Positions 9,736 to 19,191 of a stretch of DNA of 63,430 nt are shown here, piece by piece. Below the pieces are notes generated by a model, which worked only from the letters and a program-made list of their open reading frames with translations, searched no databases and was not told the DNA's origin. Every line of letters begins with the position of its first letter. Positions within the stretch are counted from its first letter, which is position 1. The stretch is from Clostridiales bacterium UBA3953. GTDB lineage: Bacteria > Bacillota > Clostridia > Oscillospirales > CAG-272. The position numbers were made by a program, and so were the translations under genes. The stretch spans positions 1 to 63,430 of the forward strand of contig DGDL01000016.1 in assembly GCA_002385415.1 (NCBI GenBank). The letters are read 5' to 3'.

Positions 9736-10929
9736 TTATTCTTTGTCGGCCAGGCATGCAATGCCGGGCAGCTCCTTGCCTTCAAGGAATTCCAGCGACG
9801 CGCCGCCGCCGGTGGAGATATGAGTCATCTTATCGGCAAAACCAAGTTTTTCGACTGCTGCTGCGCTGTCGCCGCCGCCGATGATTGTGATCGCGCCCGA
9901 GGAGGCGACTGCGGCTGCAATTGCGCGTGTACCCGAAGCGAAGTTTTTCCACTCGGAAACGCCCATCGGGCCGTTCCAGACTATTGTGCCGGCACCGATA
10001 AGGGTCTTTGCAAAAAGCTCCTGAGTCTTTTCGCCGATGTCCAGACCCATCCAGCCGTCGGGTATAGAATCGGAGTAGATGCGCATGAATACAGTGTCTT
10101 CTTTGTACTCGCGACCGATAATATTGTCGACGGGCAGAAGCAGGTTGACGCCCTTTGCGCGCGCCTTTTCCATGATTTCCTGAGCAAGTCCCAGCTTGTC
10201 CTTTTCGCAGATGGACGAGCCGATGGGGTTGCCCATGGCGTTGATGAATGTATAAGCCATACCGCCGCCGATTATAAGCGTGTCTACCTTGTCAAGCAGG
10301 TTTTCTATAACGCCTATTTTGTCGGAGACCTTCGCACCGCCGAGGATGGCGACAAAGGGGCGTTTGGGATTGGCGAGAGCGTCGCCCATTATCGAAATTT
10401 CTTTCTGGATAAGATAGCCGCACACGGCGGGCAGATAAGCGGCAACACCCGCGGTGGAGCTGTGCGCGCGGTGCGCCGTTCCAAACGCGTCGTTTACAAA
10501 GATGTCGGCATGTGAAGCGAGCGCTTTTGAAAACTCGGGATCGTTTTTCTCCTCTTCCTTGTGGAAACGGACGTTCTCGAGCAGCATTATGTCGCCGTCG
10601 TTGAGCGCGGCGACCTTTGCGCGTGCATCTTCACCGATAACGTCGGCTGCAAGCGGAATCTCACGGCCGAGCAGCTCTGAAAGGCGCTTTGCAACGGGAG
10701 CGAGCGAATACTCGGGGTTAAACTCTCCCTTCGGGCGTCCGAAGTGCGAGCACAAAATTACCTTCGCGCCATGTTCGGACAGGTACTTGATAGTGGGAAG
10801 CGCCTCTACTATACGTTTATCGTCGGTTATTGTGCCGTTTTCAATCGGCACGTTGAAATCGCAGCGTGCGAGCACACGCTTGCCTCTTACATCGATATCT
10901 TCGATGGTCTTCTTGTTATACATCGACAT
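9736..10929 (-). CDS. pgk: phosphoglycerate kinase
   Basis: 397 aa. Motifs [35 protein letters not shown]. Confidence 0.97.
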   Translation of the reverse strand: MSMYNKKTIEDIDVRGKRVLARCDFNVPIENGTITDDKRIVEALPTIKYLSEHGAKVILCSHFGRPKGEFNPEYSLAPVAKRLSELLGREIPLAADVIGEDARAKVAALNDGDIMLLENVRFHKEEEKNDPEFSKALASHADIFVNDAFGTAHRAHSSTAGVAAYLPAVCGYLIQKEISIMGDALANPKRPFVAILGGAKVSDKIGVIENLLDKVDTLIIGGGMAYTFINAMGNPIGSSICEKDKLGLAQEIMEKARAKGVNLLLPVDNIIGREYKEDTVFMRIYSDSIPDGWMGLDIGEKTQELFAKTLIGAGTIVWNGPMGVSEWKNFASGTRAIAAAVASSGAITIIGGGDSAAAVEKLGFADKMTHISTGGGASLEFLEGKELPGIACLADKE

Positions 10930-11098
10930 ATAAAGAAATCCACCTCATGACAGTATTACTAGCTTATATTAGCATATACACCCACAATTATCAACACAAA
11001 TTTGTTAAATATTCATTTTTAGTCAAAATTACAATAAGTTCGATAAAATGCGATCTTCGGTGCGCACGGGGACAAAACATTTATAAACAATCTTTACA

Positions 11099-11127
11099 TT
11101 GAAATTGATGGCTGGATTTGGTATAAT
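11099..11127 (+). promoter_or_regulatory. near-consensus sigma-70 promoter with extended -10
   Basis: TTGAAA 11099-11104, 17-nt spacer ending in TGG, TATAAT 11122-11127. Confidence 0.65.
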
Positions 11128-11133
11128 CAAAAC

Positions 11134-11542
11134 CGCGAGCGGGGCGATCGACCGTCCGCAAATCCTGGTCTGGAAGGAGGGTGATGATGCTATGATTATC
11201 ACTGTGAGGGTGATTTCGGCGTAGCTTTCTGTCGGCCGGCCTGACGCAGCCTTGCAAAGGCTTGGCCAGGATCAGGGTTTTCACATGACCTTGACTTTCC
11301 GGGGTAGCGGTGAGACACCGCGCCTTGCACAGAAAATCTATGCCGCGCGTCCGTGCGCCGCGGCTGTGTCGAGATCAGCGCCGTGGACAGCGATAAAGGC
11401 TGCCGCTTGCGCGTTTCGATGCGGCTGCTGTGCAGGGACGTTTTGACGTATGATTTTTTAAGGGCCGGCGTTCGGTGTGGCGGCATCGGTTGTGCCGCAA
11501 AAACCGGCGCGGCATTGCGCAAAAACGGAAAGGAACAGATAT
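11134..11542 (+). ncRNA. unassigned structured RNA or long 5' leader upstream of the CD3324-family gene
   Basis: About 400 nt, GC-rich compared with other spacers in the window. Only overlapping Arg-rich junk ORFs on both strands. Many local hairpins (11181-11202, 11249-11261, 11307-11321) and a long-range 8-bp helix (11163-11170 with 11264-11271). No Rfam family recognised by eye. Confidence 0.35.
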
Positions 11543-11812
11543 ATGGCTTACAAAAACGCTCGGGACGTGTTGCCCGAGGCGCTTCTGGCACAAGTTCAGC
11601 GCTACTGCTCGGGTGAGCTGCTTTATGTCCCCGCCAAGACCGATTCAAAAATTGTTTGGGGAGGGCGCAGCGGAGCACGAAAACACTATGCGGAGCGCAA
11701 CGCAAAAATCCGCAGGCTCTACTCGGAGCAGTATTCGGCAGAGGCGCTTGCGGATATGTTCTACCTTTCGGTGGACAGCATCAAGAAAATCGTGCGCGGC
11801 AGCTCGGTATGA
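11543..11812 (+). CDS. CD3324-family small HTH protein
   Basis: 89 aa from the internal ATG (MAYKNARDVLPEALLAQVQRYCSGELLYVPAK...WGGRSGARKHYAERNAKIRRLY...SVDSIKKIV). This matches my memory of the clostridial CD3324 family. Confidence 0.65.
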   Translation: MAYKNARDVLPEALLAQVQRYCSGELLYVPAKTDSKIVWGGRSGARKHYAERNAKIRRLYSEQYSAEALADMFYLSVDSIKKIVRGSSV

Positions 11813-11858
11813 GCGCGCAGCCGCGCTTGCCCGCAGAAGAAAATATAGTTGCAAATTC

Positions 11859-11888
11859 TCCGGCGGTATTTTGCACCGCCGGATTTTT
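11859..11888 (+). terminator. intrinsic terminator
   Basis: TCCGGCGG / CCGCCGGA stem followed by TTTTT. Confidence 0.8.
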
Positions 11889-11904
11889 ATACCACAGCGA
11901 TTGC

Positions 11905-11933
11905 TTGACAATAGCTGCTATTTAGCGTATAAT
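11905..11933 (+). promoter_or_regulatory. consensus sigma-70 promoter for the GH3 gene
   Basis: TTGACA 11905-11910, 17-nt spacer, TATAAT 11928-11933. Confidence 0.7.
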
Positions 11934-11991
11934 TTATATTTTAGAAGGCAACAATCCCGTGTGAAAAATTTATTGGAGATTGCGTTAAATT

Positions 11992-13227
11992 TTGAAATTT
12001 TTGAAAACCGCTGCCGCGATATGTCTTTGCCTGATTGCGTCGGCGCTTATTTTTTCATGCAGTTTGTCGGGCGATATGCCTGCCGAAACTTCCGGCTACA
12101 GCTACCGGTCAGAGCAGCCATCGCATGCGGAGACAGGGGCAGAGCCGGTGCCGCAGCCTGAAACAGAGCCTCAAACCCAGCCGCAGCCCGCACCCTCAAC
12201 AGAGGAGCCTCCCGAAACAGACGGGATAGCCGCGCTGATAGGCACTATGACCCTTGAGGAAAAAGTCGGCCAGATGTTTTTGGTAGCCTGTGACGCCGAG
12301 CGTGCCGCAGCCGATGTTGCGGAGTATCACCTCGGCGGGCTGGTGCTGTTTGCGCCCGATTTTGCAGACCGCACCCCGCAGGAGGCGGCGGATGCCATTG
12401 CCTCGTATCAGGCGGCGGCGAAAATCCCGCTGCTTATAGCGGTCGACGAGGAAGGCGGCACCGTGGTGAGGGTCAGTAAATTCGCGCAGTATCGCGCGCA
12501 GCCGTTTAAATCGCCTGCCGAGCTGTACCGCGAGGGAGGTCTCAAGGCCCTTTTAGCCGATGTCGATGAGAAAACACAACTTTTACGCTCGCTCGGCATC
12601 AACTGCAATCTTGCGCCGGTTTGCGACGTGTCGCTTGACCCCGAAAGCTACATCTATCCGCGCACGCTGGGGCTGGACGCCCGCACGACCGCCGAGCTCA
12701 TTTCATCTGTGACTTTGCGATATGTCGAGCTTGGCATGGGCTGTGTGCTCAAGCATTTCCCGGGCTACGGAGGCAACACAGATACACACAAGGGTATGTC
12801 GGTCGACAGTCGCGATTTCGCCGAGTTTGAGCAGGGAGACCTGTTACCGTTTATTGCCGGCATCCATGCGGGCGCGGGCGCAGTTATGGTCTCGCACAAC
12901 ATTGTGACTTGCATCGATCCCGACTACCCGTCGTCGCTGTCGGCAAGTGTCCACAGTCTTTTGAGGGACGCACTTGGCTTTGAGGGCGTAATTGTTACCG
13001 ACGCGCTCGACATGGGCGCGATAAAAGAGTTTTCCGAAAGCAAAGGTGGCAGCGCAGCAGTGCTTGCGATACTCGCCGGCACCGATATGGTTTGCATCAG
13101 CGATTTCAAGCAAGCCTATGATGACGTTATGGAAGCGGTCAAAGACGGCTTGATACCCGAGTCGCGTATAGACGAGTCGGTGGAGAGGGTGCTGCGCTGG
13201 AAAGAGGCGCTTGGGATACTGAGCTGA
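11992..13227 (+). CDS. glycoside hydrolase family 3 lipoprotein (NagZ-like beta-N-acetylhexosaminidase)
   Basis: 411 aa. Lipobox LIFSC. GH3 N-domain motifs KHFPGYGGNTDTH and GVIVTDALDM. Pro/Glu/Thr-rich linker after the lipobox. Confidence 0.85.
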   Translation: MKFLKTAAAICLCLIASALIFSCSLSGDMPAETSGYSYRSEQPSHAETGAEPVPQPETEPQTQPQPAPSTEEPPETDGIAALIGTMTLEEKVGQMFLVACDAERAAADVAEYHLGGLVLFAPDFADRTPQEAADAIASYQAAAKIPLLIAVDEEGGTVVRVSKFAQYRAQPFKSPAELYREGGLKALLADVDEKTQLLRSLGINCNLAPVCDVSLDPESYIYPRTLGLDARTTAELISSVTLRYVELGMGCVLKHFPGYGGNTDTHKGMSVDSRDFAEFEQGDLLPFIAGIHAGAGAVMVSHNIVTCIDPDYPSSLSASVHSLLRDALGFEGVIVTDALDMGAIKEFSESKGGSAAVLAILAGTDMVCISDFKQAYDDVMEAVKDGLIPESRIDESVERVLRWKEALGILS

Positions 13228-13280
13228 AGTTGCGCTGACAACAGCGGATTTGCCATCCGCTGATTAGGGAGGGGTTTGCT

Positions 13281-14261
13281 GTGAGGCGGATTGCACTTGT
13301 GTTTATGCTTTTTGTTTCGGTAGCGGCGATTGCCTGTTCGTCGCGCCATATAGCAGACCTTGGAGCGCTTGTTGCCGATGCGGACTTTTCCGATGATGCA
13401 ATCGTGCTACCCGAAATAAAGCTGGAATCCGCCGACGCCGAAAAGGTAAACGCAGAGCTATATAGACTCTGCAAGTCGTGGCAGGACTGGAGAGCCGACG
13501 GAATAAAAATTACCTCATCGTACTCGTCAGCTTTGAGAGATGGGATTTTATCCGTTTTGGTCACCGAGGTTTTCGATGACGGCGTTTTCGCCGATAGCAG
13601 ATACTACTCCTATATGTTCGATGTGGAAAGCGGACGGCTGTTGGAATATGATGAATTCCTCGAGCTTTACGGCATATCGGACGACGAGGCCGAGTTTTAT
13701 GTAAAACAATCCATTGCACAGCTTGCACTCGAGTGGACAGACGAGGATTTCATGCCGTATCAAACCCTGCGCGGTGCACTATCCCAGACTTTGAGAAATT
13801 ATACCGACTCCACCGAAACCGGTATTATAACATATTATTTTGACGAAGCTGGCACGCCGTATATAACATTAATGGTTGTGACCCCGGACGGTTCGTTTGA
13901 GCGGGCAGTTGCGCTTGTCCCGTCGCCTGTTGTCGCACCGCTGCTGCGCGGGGAATGGATACTCGATGCCGGTGACAAGGTGCACACCCTTAACTTTGAG
14001 GATGGCGGGCAGCTTAACATTACCGTAACCGACGCACGCGGTGTAGCGGTCGACGCTTTTACAGTGAGGTTTACCGCAGAGCCGGACGGCACCGAACTTT
14101 TGCTGCACTGCACCGCGGGTGAGCAGGCGTTTGACGTGCGTTTGACGGGCACTTTTGTATTTCAGTTTATCGCACTGCCGGACGAGAGTGCACCGATTGC
14201 CCCGGGCGAGTACACATACAAGGAGCCGGAGCTGGAGTTCGATTTTTATGAAATGTACTAA
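13281..14261 (+). CDS. hypothetical lipoprotein
   Basis: 326 aa. Signal peptide plus lipobox (VAAIACSS). No confident family. Confidence 0.6.
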   Translation: MRRIALVFMLFVSVAAIACSSRHIADLGALVADADFSDDAIVLPEIKLESADAEKVNAELYRLCKSWQDWRADGIKITSSYSSALRDGILSVLVTEVFDDGVFADSRYYSYMFDVESGRLLEYDEFLELYGISDDEAEFYVKQSIAQLALEWTDEDFMPYQTLRGALSQTLRNYTDSTETGIITYYFDEAGTPYITLMVVTPDGSFERAVALVPSPVVAPLLRGEWILDAGDKVHTLNFEDGGQLNITVTDARGVAVDAFTVRFTAEPDGTELLLHCTAGEQAFDVRLTGTFVFQFIALPDESAPIAPGEYTYKEPELEFDFYEMY

Positions 14262-14351
14262 TATAGATTTTTAGATATTGGCGCAGCTGAAAACATTTTT
14301 GCTGCGCAAGGCTCAAAATATCGGCAAATCACAAAGACAGGAGTGATTGTA

Positions 14352-16274
14352 TTGGCTATGGGAGAAAAAAACGGAGCCGTCCGAACGGGCGGTATTTCTG
14401 TTGAAACACAGCATATCTTTCCTATTATAAAGAAGTGGCTTTATTCCAACAAAGAGATATTTTTGCGTGAACTGGTGTCCAACGCCTGCGACGCGGTTAC
14501 AAAACTGAAAAGGCTTATATCCCTCGGCCATGTGCGGGACATCGATGACAAATTCCGCATCGACGTCACGCTCGACAAAGACGCGCGCACAATAGCGGTA
14601 TCGGACAACGGCATCGGCATGACGGCCGAGGAGCTTGATAAATACATTTGTCAAATAGCGCTTTCGGGCGCGCTCGATTTTATATCGAAATATGAGGGCA
14701 AAGAGGGCAAGGACGGCGAAAATGCCTCCGGTATCATCGGTCATTTCGGTCTCGGTTTCTACTCGGCATTCATGGTTGCCGACACCGTGGAGATAATCAC
14801 AAAATCATATACCGATGCGCCGGCGGTGCGTTGGGAGTGCAGCTCCGAGGGTGAGTATAAAGTGTTCCCCTCCGACCGCACCGAGCGTGGAACTACCGTC
14901 ATTTTGCATATCACCGAGGAGGAAAGCGAGTTCCTCTCGGAATTTAAACTGCGCGATATACTTGATAAATACTGCGCTTTCATGCCCGTCGAGATTTATT
15001 TTACCGACGAGTCTAAAAAGGAAGAAAGCAAAGATAAAAAAGACGACGAAGATAAAGAAAAAGAGCCTCCAAAGCCAATCAACGACACACATCCGCTGTG
15101 GCTGAAAAACCCCTCCGAATGCACCGAGGAGGAGTACAAGGAGTTTTACCGCAAGGTATTCAGGGATTTCCGCGAGCCTCTGTTTTATATACACATTAAC
15201 GCCGATTATCCGCTCAACTTCCGCGGCATAATATTTATCCCGCGCATCAGGACCGAGTACGAAAACCTTGAGGGGCAGATCAAACTCTTCTACAATCAGG
15301 TTTTCGTCGCCGACAACATTAAAGAGGTTATACCCGAATATATGCTGATGCTGCGCGGCGTTATCGACTGCCCCGATCTGCCGCTTAACGTGTCACGCAG
15401 CTATCTGCAAAATGACGCTTATGTCAAAAAAATATCGTCCCACATCGTAAAGAAGGTCGCGGACAAGCTGAATTCGCTGTATAACACCGAGCGCGAGAAA
15501 TATGAAAGCCTTTGGAACGACATAAAGGTATTCGTCCAGTATGCATGCATACGCGACACCAAGTTTCTTGAGCGCGTCAAAGGCTGCCTGCTTTTGCCGC
15601 TGACCGACGACACATATAAAAGCATATCCGAGTACCTCGAGGGCGCAAAAGAAAAGCACCCGAACACCGTTTATTACGCAACCAACAAGATTGACCAGGC
15701 ACAGTATATTTCGCTCTACAATGCCGAGGGTATATCCGTCGCGCTGTTTGACAAGGTGCTTGATACAAGCTATATTCAGACGCTCGAGGGCGAAAAGTGG
15801 GATGACTGCGACATTAAATTCGTGCGAGTTGATGCCGATGTGGCAAAAGCGCTTACCGGCGACGGGGAGGAGTATAAATCAGAAGTGCTTGAGAAGCTGT
15901 TTAAAAAAGTCAGCGGCAGCGAGAATCTGACGGTTAAATTTGAGATTCTCAAGTCAGATGTACCGGCGATAATCAATCTTTCGGAACAGTCCCGCCGTTT
16001 CAGCGATATGATGAAGTTTTACAGCATGTCCAGCGGCGAGAAATTCGACGGGCTTGACGAAGATATAACTTTGGTACTCAACTCCGCAAGCCCTGTTGTG
16101 CGCAAGCTTGGCGAGCGCGCCGACGATGCCGGCGAGAGTTTCTCCGAAGAGCTTGAGGCTGCCGCCAAACGGATTTACATGCTCGCGCTGATGGCACAGC
16201 GTCGCCTGACCCCGGACGAGCTGCGCGATTTCCTTGCCGACAGCTATCGGCAACTCGAAAAATCACTCTCATGA
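14352..16274 (+). CDS. htpG: molecular chaperone HtpG (Hsp90)
   Basis: GHKL ATPase motif YSNKEIFLRELVSNACDA and GHFGLGFYSAFMVA. The ORF opens at GTG 14343, but AGGAG (14339-14343) overlaps it, so TTG 14352 or ATG 14358 is the more likely start. Confidence 0.95.
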   Translation: MAMGEKNGAVRTGGISVETQHIFPIIKKWLYSNKEIFLRELVSNACDAVTKLKRLISLGHVRDIDDKFRIDVTLDKDARTIAVSDNGIGMTAEELDKYICQIALSGALDFISKYEGKEGKDGENASGIIGHFGLGFYSAFMVADTVEIITKSYTDAPAVRWECSSEGEYKVFPSDRTERGTTVILHITEEESEFLSEFKLRDILDKYCAFMPVEIYFTDESKKEESKDKKDDEDKEKEPPKPINDTHPLWLKNPSECTEEEYKEFYRKVFRDFREPLFYIHINADYPLNFRGIIFIPRIRTEYENLEGQIKLFYNQVFVADNIKEVIPEYMLMLRGVIDCPDLPLNVSRSYLQNDAYVKKISSHIVKKVADKLNSLYNTEREKYESLWNDIKVFVQYACIRDTKFLERVKGCLLLPLTDDTYKSISEYLEGAKEKHPNTVYYATNKIDQAQYISLYNAEGISVALFDKVLDTSYIQTLEGEKWDDCDIKFVRVDADVAKALTGDGEEYKSEVLEKLFKKVSGSENLTVKFEILKSDVPAIINLSEQSRRFSDMMKFYSMSSGEKFDGLDEDITLVLNSASPVVRKLGERADDAGESFSEELEAAAKRIYMLALMAQRRLTPDELRDFLADSYRQLEKSLS

Positions 16275-17200
16275 CACATGACAGGCTGAGCGTTATTGCG
16301 GAAAACCTGTCGGCGCTGTCCTCCGAGGCGTCATCGGTTATAGAGCGCAGGATTGCCCATATATACGGGCTTGCGCGCGCTTTCGCCGGCGGCGTGCTGT
16401 CCGACGCATTGAGAAGCGAGTATGCAAAGCTGCTTGAGATAATCGAGCGCCCGGAGCAAAATTCGCCTGTGCCGGAGCATTTTGTCAGGCTAAGCTCGCG
16501 CGCCGACAGGATTGCGCTTTGCGGCTTTATATACGAGAACTTGGGCGGCCAGCCTGCGCCTCCGTCAGCCGAAAAGCTGCTCGGCTGCACACAGCCCGAA
16601 GGCGAAGGTGATATGCCAAACCGCATTTGCTATTTGCATAACTACTTCTCCGATAAGGCATATAATGTATTTGCCGAGGCGCTCGAAAATCCGACGGTCA
16701 CTTATGCCACCGATTTTACGGGTGTATGCGAGGACGTCTACTACGGGCGCGCAAAGTATTGTATTTTACCGGTCGAAAGCTCTGCCGACGGGATGCTGTC
16801 TGGTTTCAGGACGCTTGTTGGCAAGTATGAGCTCAACTACTCGCTTACATGCGACATTCATACCCAGGACGGAGAGGATTTCACCCGCTTTGCGCTGCTA
16901 CACCGCGGTATAGTGCCTCCGCCGGGCGCCGCATCCGGCGAGCGCGTGTTTGAGTTTTCGGCGAGCTTTGACGATGGCGGCGCAACGCTTGGCGACGTTA
17001 TTGATGCGGCAGAGGCATACGGACTTAAGCTGCGGCATGTGAGCCTTCTGCCCGCATCATACAGCGGACGCAGCGGGATGTACGATTTAGCCTTCAGCTA
17101 TGAAGAAAAGGGGTTGCCCGAGTTTATAGTGTTTCTTTCGCTTGAAGTTCCCCAATTTGAGGCGCTTGGTCTGTATACCCATCTCGGAGGCAGCGATTGA
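16271..17200 (+). CDS. prephenate-dehydratase-like (PDT plus ACT-like) protein with a roughly 110-aa N-terminal helical extension
   Basis: 309 aa. The ATG overlaps the htpG stop (ATGA). PDT signature-like ...EDFTRFALL, with a degenerate ACT/ESRP region (LRHVSLLPAS). Confidence 0.45.
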   Translation: MTHDRLSVIAENLSALSSEASSVIERRIAHIYGLARAFAGGVLSDALRSEYAKLLEIIERPEQNSPVPEHFVRLSSRADRIALCGFIYENLGGQPAPPSAEKLLGCTQPEGEGDMPNRICYLHNYFSDKAYNVFAEALENPTVTYATDFTGVCEDVYYGRAKYCILPVESSADGMLSGFRTLVGKYELNYSLTCDIHTQDGEDFTRFALLHRGIVPPPGAASGERVFEFSASFDDGGATLGDVIDAAEAYGLKLRHVSLLPASYSGRSGMYDLAFSYEEKGLPEFIVFLSLEVPQFEALGLYTHLGGSD

Positions 17201-17219
17201 TTGCCTGTTAAACAAAACT

Positions 17220-17261
17220 GCTCCCACGCAGCTACTTGGCTGCTGTGGGAGCTTATTTTTT
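17220..17261 (+). terminator. intrinsic terminator
   Basis: 13-bp stem GCTCCCACGCAGC / GCTGCTGTGGGAGC (one bulge), then TTATTTTTT. Confidence 0.85.
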
Positions 17262-17400
17262 GTTTGGGGGTCGGGATGCTTTTATCGCTCACAACTTAAT
17301 GCCACCGCAATATAATGTAATAGCGGAATATATCCGCCGTAAAAATATCCGGGCTAAGTCCGGAATGATCCGGTAATTAAAAGATAAGGTGGTTCACATA

Positions 17401-17700
17401 ATGAGTCATTATCACAAAGGTTGTTCTTGCTGCTGCAGAGGCGTCGGCGGAGCTGTTGATCGTTATGATAGAGACGGAGTTGGCGGCGCGTACGATCGCT
17501 GTAAGGGCGGCGTAGGCGGTACGTCAGTTGGAGGTTGCAGAGACGTAGGTGGAGCATACTCCAGAGACTGTGGTTGCGACTACGGTTATGTTGGCGGCGC
17601 ATATCGTAACCGCAGGAAATGCTGCATCTGCTTTTTGGTCGAACCCATCACCAACACCTTGAGATGCCTCTTCAGCTGCAACAGACGCTGCAACTATTAA
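17401..17700 (+). CDS. small Cys- and Gly-rich repeat protein (no family recognised)
   Basis: 99 aa from ATG 17401, 8 nt after AAGGTGG. 14 Cys. Five V-G-G units (GVGGAVDR, GVGGAYDR, GVGGTSVGG, DVGGAYSR, YVGGAYRN). Its own terminator lies directly downstream. Confidence 0.55.
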   Translation: MSHYHKGCSCCCRGVGGAVDRYDRDGVGGAYDRCKGGVGGTSVGGCRDVGGAYSRDCGCDYGYVGGAYRNRRKCCICFLVEPITNTLRCLFSCNRRCNY

Positions 17701-17720
17701 CATCGTAATGTAAAAATTCA

Positions 17721-17751
17721 GGCGGCCGGAATATAGTCCAGCCGCCTTTTT
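17721..17751 (+). terminator. intrinsic terminator
   Basis: GGCGGC (17721-17726) / GCCGCC (17741-17746) stem followed by TTTTT. Confidence 0.8.
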
Positions 17752-17881
17752 AGTTTGCTGCATTGGCACAGCTTGTGATTAAGTTATGCGGTCAAGCATC
17801 GCGGAAAGCTCATTGACGTTCAGTGCCGTAGAATTCGTCTTTTCGGCACGACTAAAAGGGAAAAGACGCCGTTTCCTTCTC

Positions 17882-19105
17882 CTATTTTGAAGCTTGCGCG
17901 CTTTCGTCAAGCATGGCTGCAAGATGCGGAAACATCGCGACGCTGCGACGCAAAATGCCCTGCATGTAAGCGATTGCCACGCCGTAATTTGTTATTGGCA
18001 CATTCTGGTCGCCCGCGCATTTCATGCGATAGCGCACCTCGCGCTCGTTGAGCATGCAGCCCCCGCAGTGGAGGATAAGGGCAAACTTTGACAGGTCGTC
18101 GGGGAAATCGCCGCCGGAGGTAAACTCGAAATGAAGCTCCCGGCCGGTGTAGTTTCGCAGCCAGCGCGGCAGTTTGACGGTGCCGATATCGTCGCACTGG
18201 CGATGATGGGTACAGCCCTCGCAAATAAGTACAGTATCTCCGTCGCGCAGCCGGTCAATCGCGGCCGCACCGCGCACCGCCTCGTCAAGCAGCCCTTTAT
18301 AGCGGGCGAAAAGTATCGAAAACGAGGTCAGCGGCACGTCGGGCGGAGTGTCTGCTGCGGCTTTGTCGAACACCTGGCTGTCGGTAACGACGAGTTTTGG
18401 CTTGCGATTCAGCGTCTCGAGCGTTTCGCGAAGCTGAATCTCTTTGGTCACAACCGCAATGGCGTCCGAATCGAGTATGTCGCGGATTGTTTGCTGCTGA
18501 GGCAGTATAAGCCGCCCTTTGGGGGCGGATTTGTCAATTGGCGTGACAAGCACGACGATGTCGGACGGTGAAATCAGGTCGCCGACAATGCGCTGTTTCG
18601 CGGCGCCGGTATCGGCAATCGCGGCAATCCGCTCTTTAAGCTCATTTATCCCGATGTTCGCTGCAGTGCTGATGTAAATTTCATCGCGTGAGGGTTGCGG
18701 AATGTTATCCAGCAGCTCGCATTTATTGTATGCTATGATGTACGGGATGTTTTTTTCGCGTATGAGGTTTACAAGCTCGTCGTCTTCGCTGCTGCGCCCT
18801 TCGGTGGCGTCAACGACAATCACCGCGACGTCGGTTTTGTTTAGCACCTGACGTGCCTTTTTAACGCGCAGCGAGCCAAGCTGCCCTTCGTCGTCGATGC
18901 CCGGCGTGTCTATGATCATAACAGGGCCAAGCGGCAGAAGCTCCATTGCCTTATAGACAGGGTCGGTGGTAGTGCCCTTGATGTCGGAGACGACCGCCAG
19001 CTCCTGTCCCGTAATTGCGTTTATAACGCTGGATTTGCCTGCATTTCGGCGCCCGAAAATGCCGATATGCAGCCGGTCTGCGGTCGGGGTATTGTTAAGT
19101 CCCAT
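17882..19105 (-). CDS. hydF: [FeFe] hydrogenase H-cluster maturation GTPase HydF
   Basis: 407 aa. G1 GRRNAGKSS, DTPG, NKCE. C-terminal cluster ligands CEGCTHH ... HCGGC. Confidence 0.9.
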   Translation of the reverse strand: MGLNNTPTADRLHIGIFGRRNAGKSSVINAITGQELAVVSDIKGTTTDPVYKAMELLPLGPVMIIDTPGIDDEGQLGSLRVKKARQVLNKTDVAVIVVDATEGRSSEDDELVNLIREKNIPYIIAYNKCELLDNIPQPSRDEIYISTAANIGINELKERIAAIADTGAAKQRIVGDLISPSDIVVLVTPIDKSAPKGRLILPQQQTIRDILDSDAIAVVTKEIQLRETLETLNRKPKLVVTDSQVFDKAAADTPPDVPLTSFSILFARYKGLLDEAVRGAAAIDRLRDGDTVLICEGCTHHRQCDDIGTVKLPRWLRNYTGRELHFEFTSGGDFPDDLSKFALILHCGGCMLNEREVRYRMKCAGDQNVPITNYGVAIAYMQGILRRSVAMFPHLAAMLDESAQASK

Positions 19106-19191
19106 GTGTTAACCTCATTTATTGGTTGGAATTGGAGGTCCCGGGCATTAACTCCCAAAACCTCCCTGCAGTACAGTGCAAAAAAGCAAAA

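Noticed and set aside
11163-11190. UGGUCUGGAAGGAGG resembles the SRP RNA domain IV core (GGUCCGGAAGGAAG), and GGGUAGCGGUG at 11302-11312 resembles the Bacillus scRNA 5' region.
   Set aside because: The two pieces are in the wrong order for an SRP RNA. The flanking conserved loops (AGCA side) are absent. The segment pairs better in a different long-range helix. This is probably chance similarity, but cmscan would settle it.
11199-11925. Several 87-228-aa ORFs across the 11.1-11.9 kb region (for example 11199-11705 minus and 11475-12161 plus).
   Set aside because: They are mutually overlapping, Arg/Pro/Ala-rich and without motifs. One runs through the CD3324-family gene in another frame and across a terminator and promoter.
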